This document shows positions 53,015 through 62,161 of a stretch of 64,000 bases of DNA, one piece after another. Source of the stretch: Basidiobolus meristosporus CBS 931.73 (lineage: Eukaryota; Fungi; Basidiobolomycota); the NCBI GenBank assembly GCA_002104905.1, contig MCFE01000418.1, positions 14,268-78,267 on the forward strand. Reading direction: 5' to 3'. A model generated the notes under the pieces. The model had not been told where the DNA came from. It saw only the letters and a list, made by a program, of their open reading frames with translations, and searched no databases. Position 1 is the stretch's first letter; every line of letters begins with the position of its first letter. The translations under genes were made by a program, and so were the position numbers.

Positions 53015-53797
53015 TCAGTATCCCTCCTTTTTGGTTGACAGGGCAAACACATGAATGTGACCCTTGACTCCCTTTGTGTACGGGTGGACGTCGTAGATCT
53101 CTTTGGCCGTAGGGAACTCCAAATACGCAATCTCTCTGCTTGGATCGAGGGTCGCTTCAGCGATGTAGATGCGAACATCCCCGCCGTTGCTTGCGGCCAA
53201 TCCATTGACGGCAATCTTAGTACCTGGAGCCAGCTCGATCTTCCATTTCCAGTCCGAGGAGCCGATCTGCTCCACCTGCCTGCTGCAGTCTGTATAGACG
53301 ATGGTGTACTTACCACGGAAGTTACCCATGTCGCTGGACAAGAGGAAACCGAGCCGAGTAGCCCCAGGCACCGAGGTGACCTTGACTTTCTGGCCTTGCT
53401 CAATCCAATTATCATTCTTTCCCTTTGCCCACTGAGGCAATGTGAACTTGTAACCAGCGACCCTGACCTCCTTTCCGGGGCCCCAGCCAGCCTGGGTCAA
53501 GGACTGTGCTGTGTATCCAGGTCCCCTGACCACGGTGTCGTAGTTGGCTGGATCATATTTCTCATTGAAGGTCACTGCCTTGTTGTTGAATGGAGCCTGA
53601 GTTGCAGGAGCATAGCATTTCTTCTCACCATAGTCCTGGTTGTCCTCCCAGCCTTGATTCTTCCAATTACCGTAGCCTCCCTCGGAGCCGTGGCTCTCTT
53701 CATAGTACTCCCAGCTACCAGGCGTCTCCACCCATTCATCGCCTCTCACAAGCTGGATAGCTGCAACCAATGTGATCAAAGAGTAAAGGCAACGCAT
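53015..53797 (-). CDS. Secreted protein (260 aa) with a bacterial (actinobacterial-like) beta-rich accessory domain
   Basis: Signal peptide MRCLYSLITLVAAIQLVRG; intronless. Y(T/S)AQ.L..AGW.PG..V.V.G..F.LP....G..DN....GQ.....LGFL......G..T+.Y.D...Q......DW...LDP...HVFA pattern. Confidence 0.75.
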   Translation of the reverse strand: MRCLYSLITLVAAIQLVRGDEWVETPGSWEYYEESHGSEGGYGNWKNQGWEDNQDYGEKKCYAPATQAPFNNKAVTFNEKYDPANYDTVVRGPGYTAQSLTQAGWGPGKEVRVAGYKFTLPQWAKGKNDNWIEQGQKVKVTSVPGATRLGFLLSSDMGNFRGKYTIVYTDCSRQVEQIGSSDWKWKIELAPGTKIAVNGLAASNGGDVRIYIAEATLDPSREIAYLEFPTAKEIYDVHPYTKGVKGHIHVFALSTKKEGY

Positions 53798-54917
53798 GAT
53801 GGGTTGGTCAACTGGGAGGAAGCTAGAGGAGAAGCGAAAGCTATGCCAGAATTCACTATATTCTTGCGCTTTTATAGTGGCGGATCTAAGAGGTGCATGT
53901 GAAACAAGGTTACAGAGTAAATGTGACGATTCCATTGACCAATCAGAGCTAGGCACTGCAGGACATATCAGTGGTATCTGTGGCCAAAAATCGCCTCTGA
54001 AATCAAGATATTGGGATTGTGTAATCTAGCAAGGCCCTCGGCATGTAGGGCTTCTTTACAAGCATGTTTACATGCCAAGGTGATGCTAGAGTAAGCATAG
54101 CTTGGCATGCTTCATAAATTGAGGAATATATCCTACCTGTACAGCTTCATGGTATGGCATTTGTCAATCTATTACTTCCTTGAGATTTTGCCAGTGTTAC
54201 ACAGTGTTGAACTTGCCTACCTTTCCTGGCCCTTGGGCTCATGAGATTGATGCTGATGTATCTGTTCAGATTATATAGCTTTGTACAAAAATCACTCTTA
54301 TATCTTGAGTTTTCTTTTAGCTGATTGCAATATTATCCTCAATGAAACTTTTGCATAATATACATATTAGTATGATGTACCAAAGCATGGGATACTCAAA
54401 AATCTGCTTTCAATAATGTGGTGGCTCAAAAGCACACAGCTACTATATATGCTTGTCAGTTGCACATCTGAGTACACTACATACAGAAAACTAAATTAAA
54501 ATAGAGGGTCTAGGGTCAGGAAACTTGACATATGTCAAGATATTCATTTCAGACTTGCTACCAAAATCTTGTGGTATAACTTAATCTGTTTCTTGACTAG
54601 TCCTTCAGTCTTTGTTACTTTAGATACTCCTAAAAACACTATGTATTAAAGTAAACTACTTGCCAATATTATGCAACATTCTGCAAGTGTAGAAAAGAAT
54701 CTATAAAGCACCCTACAAGCATACTAACTACACATTTCCTATGAAAAATTTTGGAATTGATCCTGTCAAGAGGCTGTCACAAAATATAAATCATCTGAAG
54801 AGGAGGTGAAGATGTTGTTAGGAAGCCATGCAAAAATTGTGAAAAAAGCTGCACTGAGGGGGGATGATTATCAACACTGCATCTATGAGGAAAGTGAAAT
54901 AAAACTCTTAAATGGTT

Positions 54918-55130
54918 TATACTTGTTCCATTGTGCCATTGATCATAGTGCCAGAAAGTGCTGTATATTTTGTTATTATTTTGATATTTTAGGGTCATAT
55001 GCATGTCAATTTTGATCCCAAATTGGCACTGTATGGCACCATCTGGCACTCTGTGGCATGATCAGGCACCATCTGGCACGCTATGGCACTATTGGGCACT
55101 ATGATCAGCTGGAATGATGGAACAAGTCCT
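54918..55130. mobile_element. ~213-bp MITE-like element sharing the ACTTGTTCC TIR core with the 5221-8626 transposon
   Basis: Left end TATACTTGTTCCATTGTGCC, right end GGAACAAGTCCT. Internal TGGCAC/GTGCCA 10-mer repeats like those at 5240-5310. TSD not clear. Confidence 0.65.
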
Positions 55131-56579
55131 TTAACTAAGCCACAGGGACAACTGAGTGCAGAAACCTATGATTGTCAGAGAGTAGCCAAATTATTAGCAG
55201 AAAGATTTTGTTCAAAGCAACTCCAACATTATCTTGGAGTATTCAGCTGTTTAAGGAAACATGTTCCTATCATGTCCTCTTTGAGAGCCCCTTTAGATGC
55301 ATTACACTATAGTCCTGATCTTCCCTCAGCCTGGAACAAGGCTCATGACCAAGCATTTGAGTCACTCTGCCAGTTACTCCCACAAGTACCCACCCTATCC
55401 TACCTAGACTTTACTAAGACCTTTGTTGTTGCTACAGATGCATCTACTGTTGGGTTAGGGGCTGTCTTTTACCAGGATGACAACCAGAATCTGCCTCACT
55501 GGATCTCTTTTCAAGCCAGATCCCTATAACCTGTTGAGAGAAACTACTCTTCCACCAAGAAGGAGCTACTTGCCAGAGTCTTTGCCTTGAAGAAGTTTCA
55601 TCAGTACCTATGGGGTAACCCTTTTTCTTTGCATACTGACCACCAAGCCCTAGTCTATATCCATACTCAAAGGACTCTGACTCCAATGCTTACCAACTGG
55701 CTTGATACTCTGCTTGATTATGAATATACAGTTATTCATTGCTCAGGAATCCTCAACATCCCGCCTGACCACCTTCCAAGGGTTTTCACCTTGGGAGGGA
55801 CATGTGATTACTGATATAATCAGTAAGCTCACTGCAACTTCCAAAATAATCCCTCATTCAGATTTAAAAACTTGGAAAATCCCACATGCTAATGAAAGGA
55901 AAACATCAATACAAAGGAGTCATTTACTTGGCTGCTTTGGAGCTGACACACTTATGAAAGAGCTACATTCTGATGGATATCACTGGCCAAATATCAAAGA
56001 TGACTGCCTAGAATTTGTCAAGTCTTGCAGAGAATGTCAGCTTTACAATATCAGCCACCATGGATTTCACCATTTGAGTCCCATCCATGCAAGCCTTCCT
56101 ATGGATCATCTTGCAATTGGTTTAGCTGGACCTTTCACCACTAGTGATGATGGTAATCACTACCTCTTTGTAATTGTGGATGTCTGCACACATTTTGTCT
56201 TGCTCAAAGCTATCCCAGACAAGTATGCTGCCACTATTGCACAAGCACTATTCAAGCTCTTCTGCCTATTTGGATTCCCCAAGGTCATTCAATTGGATAA
56301 TGGGACAGAATTTGTGACTCATGTGATCAAAGCCCTTTGCCAGAATAGCACCATGGATCACTGTCTGATCACTCCCTATCATCCCAAAGCTAATGCACTT
56401 GCTGAAAGACATGTTTAGACCTCAATGAACATCATCAGGAAAGCTATCAAAGGTATCAAGAAGAATTGGGACAAGTACATTCTAACAGTACAGTATGCTA
56501 TCAACACCAAATTGCAGCTCTATATGGATCAACTCCATTTTCCTTGATGTTTGGAAGAAAATTCAACCACTTTGGAGAC
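55131..56579 (+). mobile_element. Degenerate Ty3/Gypsy pol fragment (RT end, RNase H, integrase), truncated by the telomeric array
   Basis: KQLQHYLG, VATDASTVGLGAV, HLLGCFG...HWPNIKDDC..FVKSC..CQ, DNGTEF and PYHPKANALAER. Confidence 0.88.
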
Positions 56580-57004
56580 TTAGGGGGAGAAAAGTCACCA
56601 AGTGGTGAAATCTTTATTTACTTATGACAAGTATTGAAAGAAGCCAAGCTTATCTGAAGTTATTCCTAGAAAGCTAGGTTAGGGGAGGGAAAGTCACCAA
56701 GGTAGGTGAAATCTTTATTTGATTTCAGACAAGTCTAACTACAAACAAAGAAGCCAGCTGGATTAGGGGGGAAGACAGTCACCAACAGGTGAAATCTTTA
56801 TTTTAGTTGAAACAAAGAAGCCAGCACTACTATTGTAGCTTTGATACAAGAGTGTGTAGCTGAGGGGAACTTGCAGGTAGGTTAACAACAAGTGATGATA
56901 GTGCTTCAGTGCTCAACACACTGTTGAGTGGGAAGGGGGGTAACAAGAGGGGTAAGAATGATTTGTGAACAACATTAATGAGGGGTATATGATAAGGATT
57001 GATT
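56580..57004 (-). repeat. Three 5'-truncated telomeric retro-unit 3' ends: SINE-type 56580-56678, ORF1-only-type 56679-56762, LINE-type 56763-57004
   Basis: Each begins (+ strand) TTAGGGG...AGTCACC..GGTGAAATCTTTATT and matches the 3' end of 61628-62161, 57484-58592 and 58593-61627 respectively. Confidence 0.9.
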
Positions 57005-57480
57005 TGTTGTAAGAGTCTTGGAGATGTTGGAAGTGATTGGGAGAACAAGTAGACTATGAGGTTTTCACTTAATGATTTATTGAATGTAAAAGTAGTATTT
57101 ATACTTTTACTTGGTCTTGGCATTACAAACATGTAGAATAGGTTAAGGAAGGTCCCAAGTACATGTGTGCAAAGTTTGGGGCTGTTTGGACAACTTTGAG
57201 AATTTTCATGTTCTGGGTACCTGGTATTTTGGTAAAAATATTCCAAGTAAATCCCGACAAGGAATTTGGTCAGTATTCTCTAGGATTTGAGGGTATTGAT
57301 CTAAGTGACTAAGTTAGGTGAAAATTTAGGTGGAATTACAAATTTTTACAACACTCCCACTCAGCTAAATGTTTATACTGACTAGTCCTAATTTTGACCT
57401 AAGATATTCAAACTTGTCTCTAGCTAATGGTTTGGTAAATATGTCTGCAATCATTTCATCTGTAGGACAGTAAACTAAGC
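57005..57480 (-). mobile_element. Copia 3' LTR (57005-57353) + PPT + ~125 bp of pol end, truncated
   Basis: Reverse complement of ~50320-50793. Breaks off at ~57480, where the next telomeric unit starts. Confidence 0.92.
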
Positions 57481-57483
57481 CAC

Positions 57484-58592
57484 TTAGGGGGGGGGAGGGA
57501 AAGTCACCAAAGTAGGTGAAATCTTTATTTGATTTCAGACAAGTCTAACTACAAATAAAGAAGCCAGCTGGGAATAGAAGATTCCCAAAGTAAACACTAA
57601 GTTGAATATGAATAAATCTAAGCTAAAGTTAAGGCAGTATCCCAGAGTACACTGGAGTTCAGGTTCATGGGGGAGTGAAGTAGATAAGCTTGAGAGATAT
57701 AATAATCTTTAAGGAAGTGGGTAACAGCAGGTGAAGGGGAGTTTTTGATAAGTGAAGCAAATCTTGAGAGCAGAGATTCCTCTAATGAGAAGGTCTTGTA
57801 AACTGGAGAATCAGGAAACTCTTTAAAAACATGGTCAGTAGGTTCCCAGTAAAACTGGTCAGAGACATTTTGAGAGAACTCTTTAGCAATACTTTTGTCA
57901 AGTACTATCTCCAGAGTGTGATTGTTGATAAATCTCATGTTGACAATCTTGGATAAATTGTAACCTTGTTGCTTGAGATACATCCTATGCTCAGATATAG
58001 GAATGAACTCCACATTGGCAAAGTAGCAGACAGCCCAGTCAGTAGCAGGAGGCAGATCAGAAGTAGAAGGAAACTTTCTTTTAGTCTTGGGAGGAGCAGC
58101 AGGATGTCTTGAGAAAGCAGGAACAGACTTTTTGACAGCATCAGAGTAGGAAGAGTGAGCAGGAGCAGATAATTCTTGGGGAGTCTTGTTGGCAGGAAGA
58201 GTTGGCACAGGGACAATTGATTCTTGCAGATCAGAGAAGGCAGAAAACAGCTTTTGAACTTGCTTCTTGAGTAGAGCATTTTCAGCTTCAACAAGTGCAA
58301 GCCTTTCCTCCAGGAAAGAAATCTGAAGGGAATTAGGTTAGGGTGTAGGTGTTATAGTAAGGGCTAGGAAAAGGTTAGAAGAGCAGGGGGTCTGGGGGAT
58401 GCAGTCCCCTAGAGAATAAAAAAGCAGGGGGTTTGGGGGATGCAATCCCCCATACTGCTCTTATACTCTTTAAATTCCCATTGGATTACTTTTCTCTCAT
58501 TCTTGGTTCTGGTCCCTTAGGGTTAGAATTCCTCCTCCTAACCCTTATCACCCTAACCATAAATATTTTTACCCTACAATTGGCACATTGTC
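57484..58592 (-). mobile_element. ORF1-only telomeric retro-unit, family A
   Basis: Shared 3' tail. Open frame 57618 to ~58340 (coiled coil SFLEERLALVEAENALLK, SYSDAV, WAVCYF...NSPS..V..FLK...LWDTA). No RT. No in-frame ATG seen at the frame start. Confidence 0.85.
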
Positions 58593-61500
58593 TTAGGGGG
58601 GGGGAGACAGTCACCAACAGGTGAAATCTTTATTTCAGTTGAAACAAAGAAGCCAGCGCTACTGTTGTAGCTTTGATACAAGAGTGTGTAGCTGAGGGGA
58701 ATTTGTAGGTAAGTTAATAAGAAGTGATGATAGCTCTTCAGTGCTCAAGACACTGTTCAGTGGGAAGGGGGGTAGCAAGAGAGGTAAGAATGACTTGTGA
58801 ACAACATTAATGAGGGGAATATGATAAGGATTGATATTCATCATAAATGGAGTGTGCTGCTGCAGATATTGCTGCCAAAGGTCTGTCAAGTACTTCAGGT
58901 AGGCCAGCTTGGGTTTTTCTGACTGCAGAATAAAGTGAGCAAACTTCTTGACTTCAGGATCTCCAAGTATAGTTCTCCAGCAGGAGCCAGGTGTTGTGTG
59001 GTGTGTTCTCTTCCAGGCCTTAATCAGTGGGTTGTTGCAGTTGTGAAGTCTGAGGTATAATCTGGTTCTAAGGTAGAGAAGTCTGATCTTATAGGGCATA
59101 AACCCAAAAGCACCAAGAATAGCATGTCTGTAGGGGCATTCAGGCAAATGAGGCACCAAGGAGGTAATGCACCATACTGCAAACTTGTCAAGCTTAGTGC
59201 AGTCTCTAGAAGTAAGAGAGAGAAGTGGTAAGCCAAATTCCAGGACAGGGAAGACAAACTGCTTGAGTAGAAGGAGGCAGCTGGGAGCTGAAGTTGTAGG
59301 AGGAGTAACAGCCAACAGCTTGTGGAGTGCCTGTCTTGCAAGGATAATTCTCTTCTTCAGGTGTGCTCCAGAGTCTAGTCCAGTAGGAAGGAAAGGAAAG
59401 CCAAGATATGTAGCAGAAACCTGAGCAGGTAGAGTGGAGTTCTCCAAGATGATGGGAGAGCCCAAAGGTACTGTCTTTGCAATGGAAAGCTGGAGATTAT
59501 TCTTCTGCAGATACTGGTGGATGGTCTGGGAGTCTTGTTGCACATTGGAGGAGGATATTCTGATGTCATCAGCAAAGAGAGTAACCAGGCAGTCAGCTGA
59601 GAGTCTTGGGAAGTCATTCAGGAAGATGGCAAACAGTATAGGACCAAGCACAGAGCCTTGAACCACTCCATTAGGAACTGAGAACACAGCTGATTGCTCA
59701 CTTGGGTGCAGAATTCTTGCTTGTGGATCCAGAAACAGAGACCTGATAAGGAGGGTGAGAGAGGTACTGGAGAAGCATTGCAACTTGGACCAAAGCAGAT
59801 TTCTGTCAACTGAATCAAAGGCCTTAGTAATATCAAACAGAACAGAGGGATACTTGCACTGGAGAGAGTGATCTTGGCTAAGTATGACTGCATATTCCAA
59901 GGAGAGGCCAGGAACAAAGCCAAACTGTGCAGGATGAAACTTGAGGGAGTCAGAGTAGAGCTCCTGAGCAAGCAGAAGCTCAAACACCTTTCTGCAGGTG
60001 GGCAGCAGAGATATTGGCCTGTAGGAGCTAGGATCCAAGTGCTTTCCTTTACCCTTATACAGTGGCAGAACATTTGCAAAGGACCATTCCTCAGGAGTAG
60101 AAAGCTGGGCTGAGCATTGCTGAAACAGTGGAAGCAGAAGTGCAGACATGGCCTTGGTACTAGTCTTCAGAAGCTCATAGGAGATTGTGTCCACACCTGG
60201 AGCAGTAGAGTTGGGAAGCCTCTTGAGCACATTATGGATTCTCCTTTGATCAAGTGCAATTGGGATGGGCAGAGTCTTGAAGTCAGGATGAAAGCCAGGA
60301 GTTGAGTACTGCTTTGTAGAGAAGAAGATGTTAGCCAGCTGTTCTGTTGAAGGTAACTTCCTGGAAGAGGGCCTCATTGCTCTGTAGAGTCTTGATACTG
60401 TTCTTGTTATAGAGTTGGAAGATTGCAGAGGCAAAGAACTCATAATATGATCCCAGAGCTGAGTATGCAGAGTGTGGTGAATTGCCTTGGAGTGGTGTAT
60501 TGCTGTCAGGAGGAGTTTCTCTGTTTTTGGGTTAGGGAAACTCAGGTAGCTTTGTTGCAGGGCTGAAACAATGGATTCCCATTTTCTTGAGGTAACAGCA
60601 GTAGTCTTGCATGGCAGTGAGAGGGAGGCAGACACCAGAATCAGATGCTTCACAAAGAGCCAGGCATAGTTGAGATCATCTGGCAGAGAAAGTAGCAAAC
60701 TGGCAAGCTTCAAGTAGTTCCCAAAGTCTTTCTTCTGATTCTTGGTAGCTTTGTGGGTGAGCACAGTAAGTTTTGGCAGCTTCTTCTTCACAGCTGGTTG
60801 CATAGAAAGGGACCAGGCTGGGTGGTCAGAGGCTCTCAAGGATCCTAGCTCAGCTCCAGAGAATTGCTTCACTTCATTCACAAAATAGAGGGCAGCAGCA
60901 GAAGGGCAGATCCAGTCAACACATCTTTTCTCAGATTGAGCACCCAGTGCTAGCAGATGGCTTTCTCTCAGGAAGTTCAGTAGGAATGTAGACCTTGGCT
61001 TCATTCTTGCAGTCAGAGTAGTCTTGTTCTCAGGATGGGGAATGTTGAGATCTCCAAGCAAGATAACAGGTGTTGATATAGATTGCTGGTATTGCTGAAC
61101 TTTCTGGCAGATAACTTGCACTTCCTGAAGGGCAAGACTTGGAGGCAGATAGCAGAGCACCAGACTGATAGTTGGCAACTGGAGAGCAGCACAGTAAGGG
61201 GAGTAAAGAGGAACACAGAGCTGAGGAGTATTGATGGTAGAAGAGATGAAGCAGATGGAGGAGGTATTCTTTGTTCTAGGAGTAGAAAAGTAATATAGAT
61301 TAGTCAAAAGTATAGAGGGTAGCTGGACATCAATCAAACACAGGAGGGAAAATCTTGAAAGAAGTCTCTCTAGAGTTGGTCTTGATGGCTGTATGCTGTT
61401 GCAGTTAAGCAACAGAACTTCAGGTAGTCAGGCAGAGGTTGTAGCTTCTTCAGAGGCAGCATTGACAATGTGACCTGCAGAGTCCCAGAGCTCTTCAAAT

Positions 61501-61627
61501 GGTGCATCACTTAAGTCAGCAAGGAGGGAAATGGCATGATTCTTGAGGAAGTATGCCACATCATAGGAGGGGGCTTGTCTCTTGATGGCAGCAAAGAAAG
61601 ACAGAATGGCAACATGGGCTGGAGGCA
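58593..61627 (-). mobile_element. Telomeric non-LTR retrotransposon (APE-RT LINE), 5'-truncated within ORF1
   Basis: ORF1 C-terminal remnant 61428-61627, then in-frame TGA, then ORF2, a ~65-nt 3' UTR with AATAAA and the shared stem-loop/C-rich tail. No poly(A). Confidence 0.93.
58659..61427 (-). CDS. LINE ORF2: AP endonuclease + reverse transcriptase (~920 aa, uninterrupted)
   Basis: APE: LLLNCNS, CYLPP, ILLGDLN, VDWI, SDH. RT: APGVDTI, W....V.P.YKGKG...YRPISLL, QFGF, FDITKAFDSV, GVVQGSVLGPILF, FADD, YLG. Confidence 0.95.
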   Translation of the reverse strand, partial: LPEVLLLNCNSIQPSRPTLERLLSRFSLLCLIDVQLPSILLTNLYYFSTPRTKNTSSICFISSTINTPQLCVPLYSPYCAALQLPTISLVLCYLPPSLALQEVQVICQKVQQYQQSISTPVILLGDLNIPHPENKTTLTARMKPRSTFLLNFLRESHLLALGAQSEKRCVDWICPSAAALYFVNEVKQFSGAELGSLRASDHPAWSLSMQPAVKKKLPKLTVLTHKATKNQKKDFGNYLKLASLLLSLPDDLNYAWLFVKHLILVSASLSLPCKTTAVTSRKWESIVSALQQSYLSFPNPKTEKLLLTAIHHSKAIHHTLHTQLWDHIMSSLPLQSSNSITRTVSRLYRAMRPSSRKLPSTEQLANIFFSTKQYSTPGFHPDFKTLPIPIALDQRRIHNVLKRLPNSTAPGVDTISYELLKTSTKAMSALLLPLFQQCSAQLSTPEEWSFANVLPLYKGKGKHLDPSSYRPISLLPTCRKVFELLLAQELYSDSLKFHPAQFGFVPGLSLEYAVILSQDHSLQCKYPSVLFDITKAFDSVDRNLLWSKLQCFSSTSLTLLIRSLFLDPQARILHPSEQSAVFSVPNGVVQGSVLGPILFAIFLNDFPRLSADCLVTLFADDIRISSSNVQQDSQTIHQYLQKNNLQLSIAKTVPLGSPIILENSTLPAQVSATYLGFPFLPTGLDSGAHLKKRIILARQALHKLLAVTPPTTSAPSCLLLLKQFVFPVLEFGLPLLSLTSRDCTKLDKFAVWCITSLVPHLPECPYRHAILGAFGFMPYKIRLLYLRTRLYLRLHNCNNPLIKAWKRTHHTTPGSCWRTILGDPEVKKFAHFILQSEKPKLAYLKYLTDLWQQYLQQHTPFMMNINPYHIPLINVVHKSFLPLLLPPFPLNSVLSTEELSSLLINLPTNSPQLHTLVSKLQQ

Positions 61628-62161
61628 GGGTTAGGGTTAGGGGGAGGAAAGTCACCAAGTGGTGAAATCTTTATTTACTTATGACAAGTATCCAAAGAAG
61701 CCATGTTAATCTGAAGTAATTCCTAGAAAGCTAGGTCTGAGAGATATCTTCCTGGTAAGCCAGGTCTGAGAGTTGAGAAGCTGAGTGGTACTATATTTCC
61801 TAGTTAGCTAGGTCTGAGAGAGGTTTCCTGGAAAGCCAGGCCTGAGAAGTGAGAATCTGAGTACATCTGAGGTGAGTTGTACTGATTTGCGGTAGCTTGT
61901 TTGTGGCCAGAATGGCCAGTAGACTGGGGGAACTGAGGGGTATTTCTGGGCGATCACTGGCCATATTTACTAGGCAAATCTGACCAATTAGCATTTCAAG
62001 GATTTCAGCCAATCAGAGCCTTTACTTTGCCCAATGGTTGATCAAGCCATCTCCCAATGAGCACACATCAATTTATTGATCAAGTTTTGTTGGATCCAGG
62101 ATTTGAACCCACAACCATGGGTATGGAAGGGTTAGGGATAACCACAAGGCTAAGTGTTCTT
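61628..62161 (-). mobile_element. tRNA-type SINE-like telomeric unit, copy 1 (~540 bp)
   Basis: Minus strand: A-box-like TAGCCTTGTGG (62152-62142), B-box GGTTCAAATCC (62109-62099), non-coding body and the shared LINE-type 3' tail. Confidence 0.8.

Noticed and set aside
58659-61412. Telomerase (TERT) or Penelope/Coprina-type RT
   Set aside because: It has an N-terminal AP endonuclease and LINE-type RT motifs (YRPISLL, QFGF, QGSVLGP, FADD), with no telomerase T motif or GIY-YIG domain.
62090-62160. Functional tRNA gene
   Set aside because: A and B boxes are present, but I cannot form acceptor or anticodon stems, and the sequence runs into a 430-nt body with a LINE tail.
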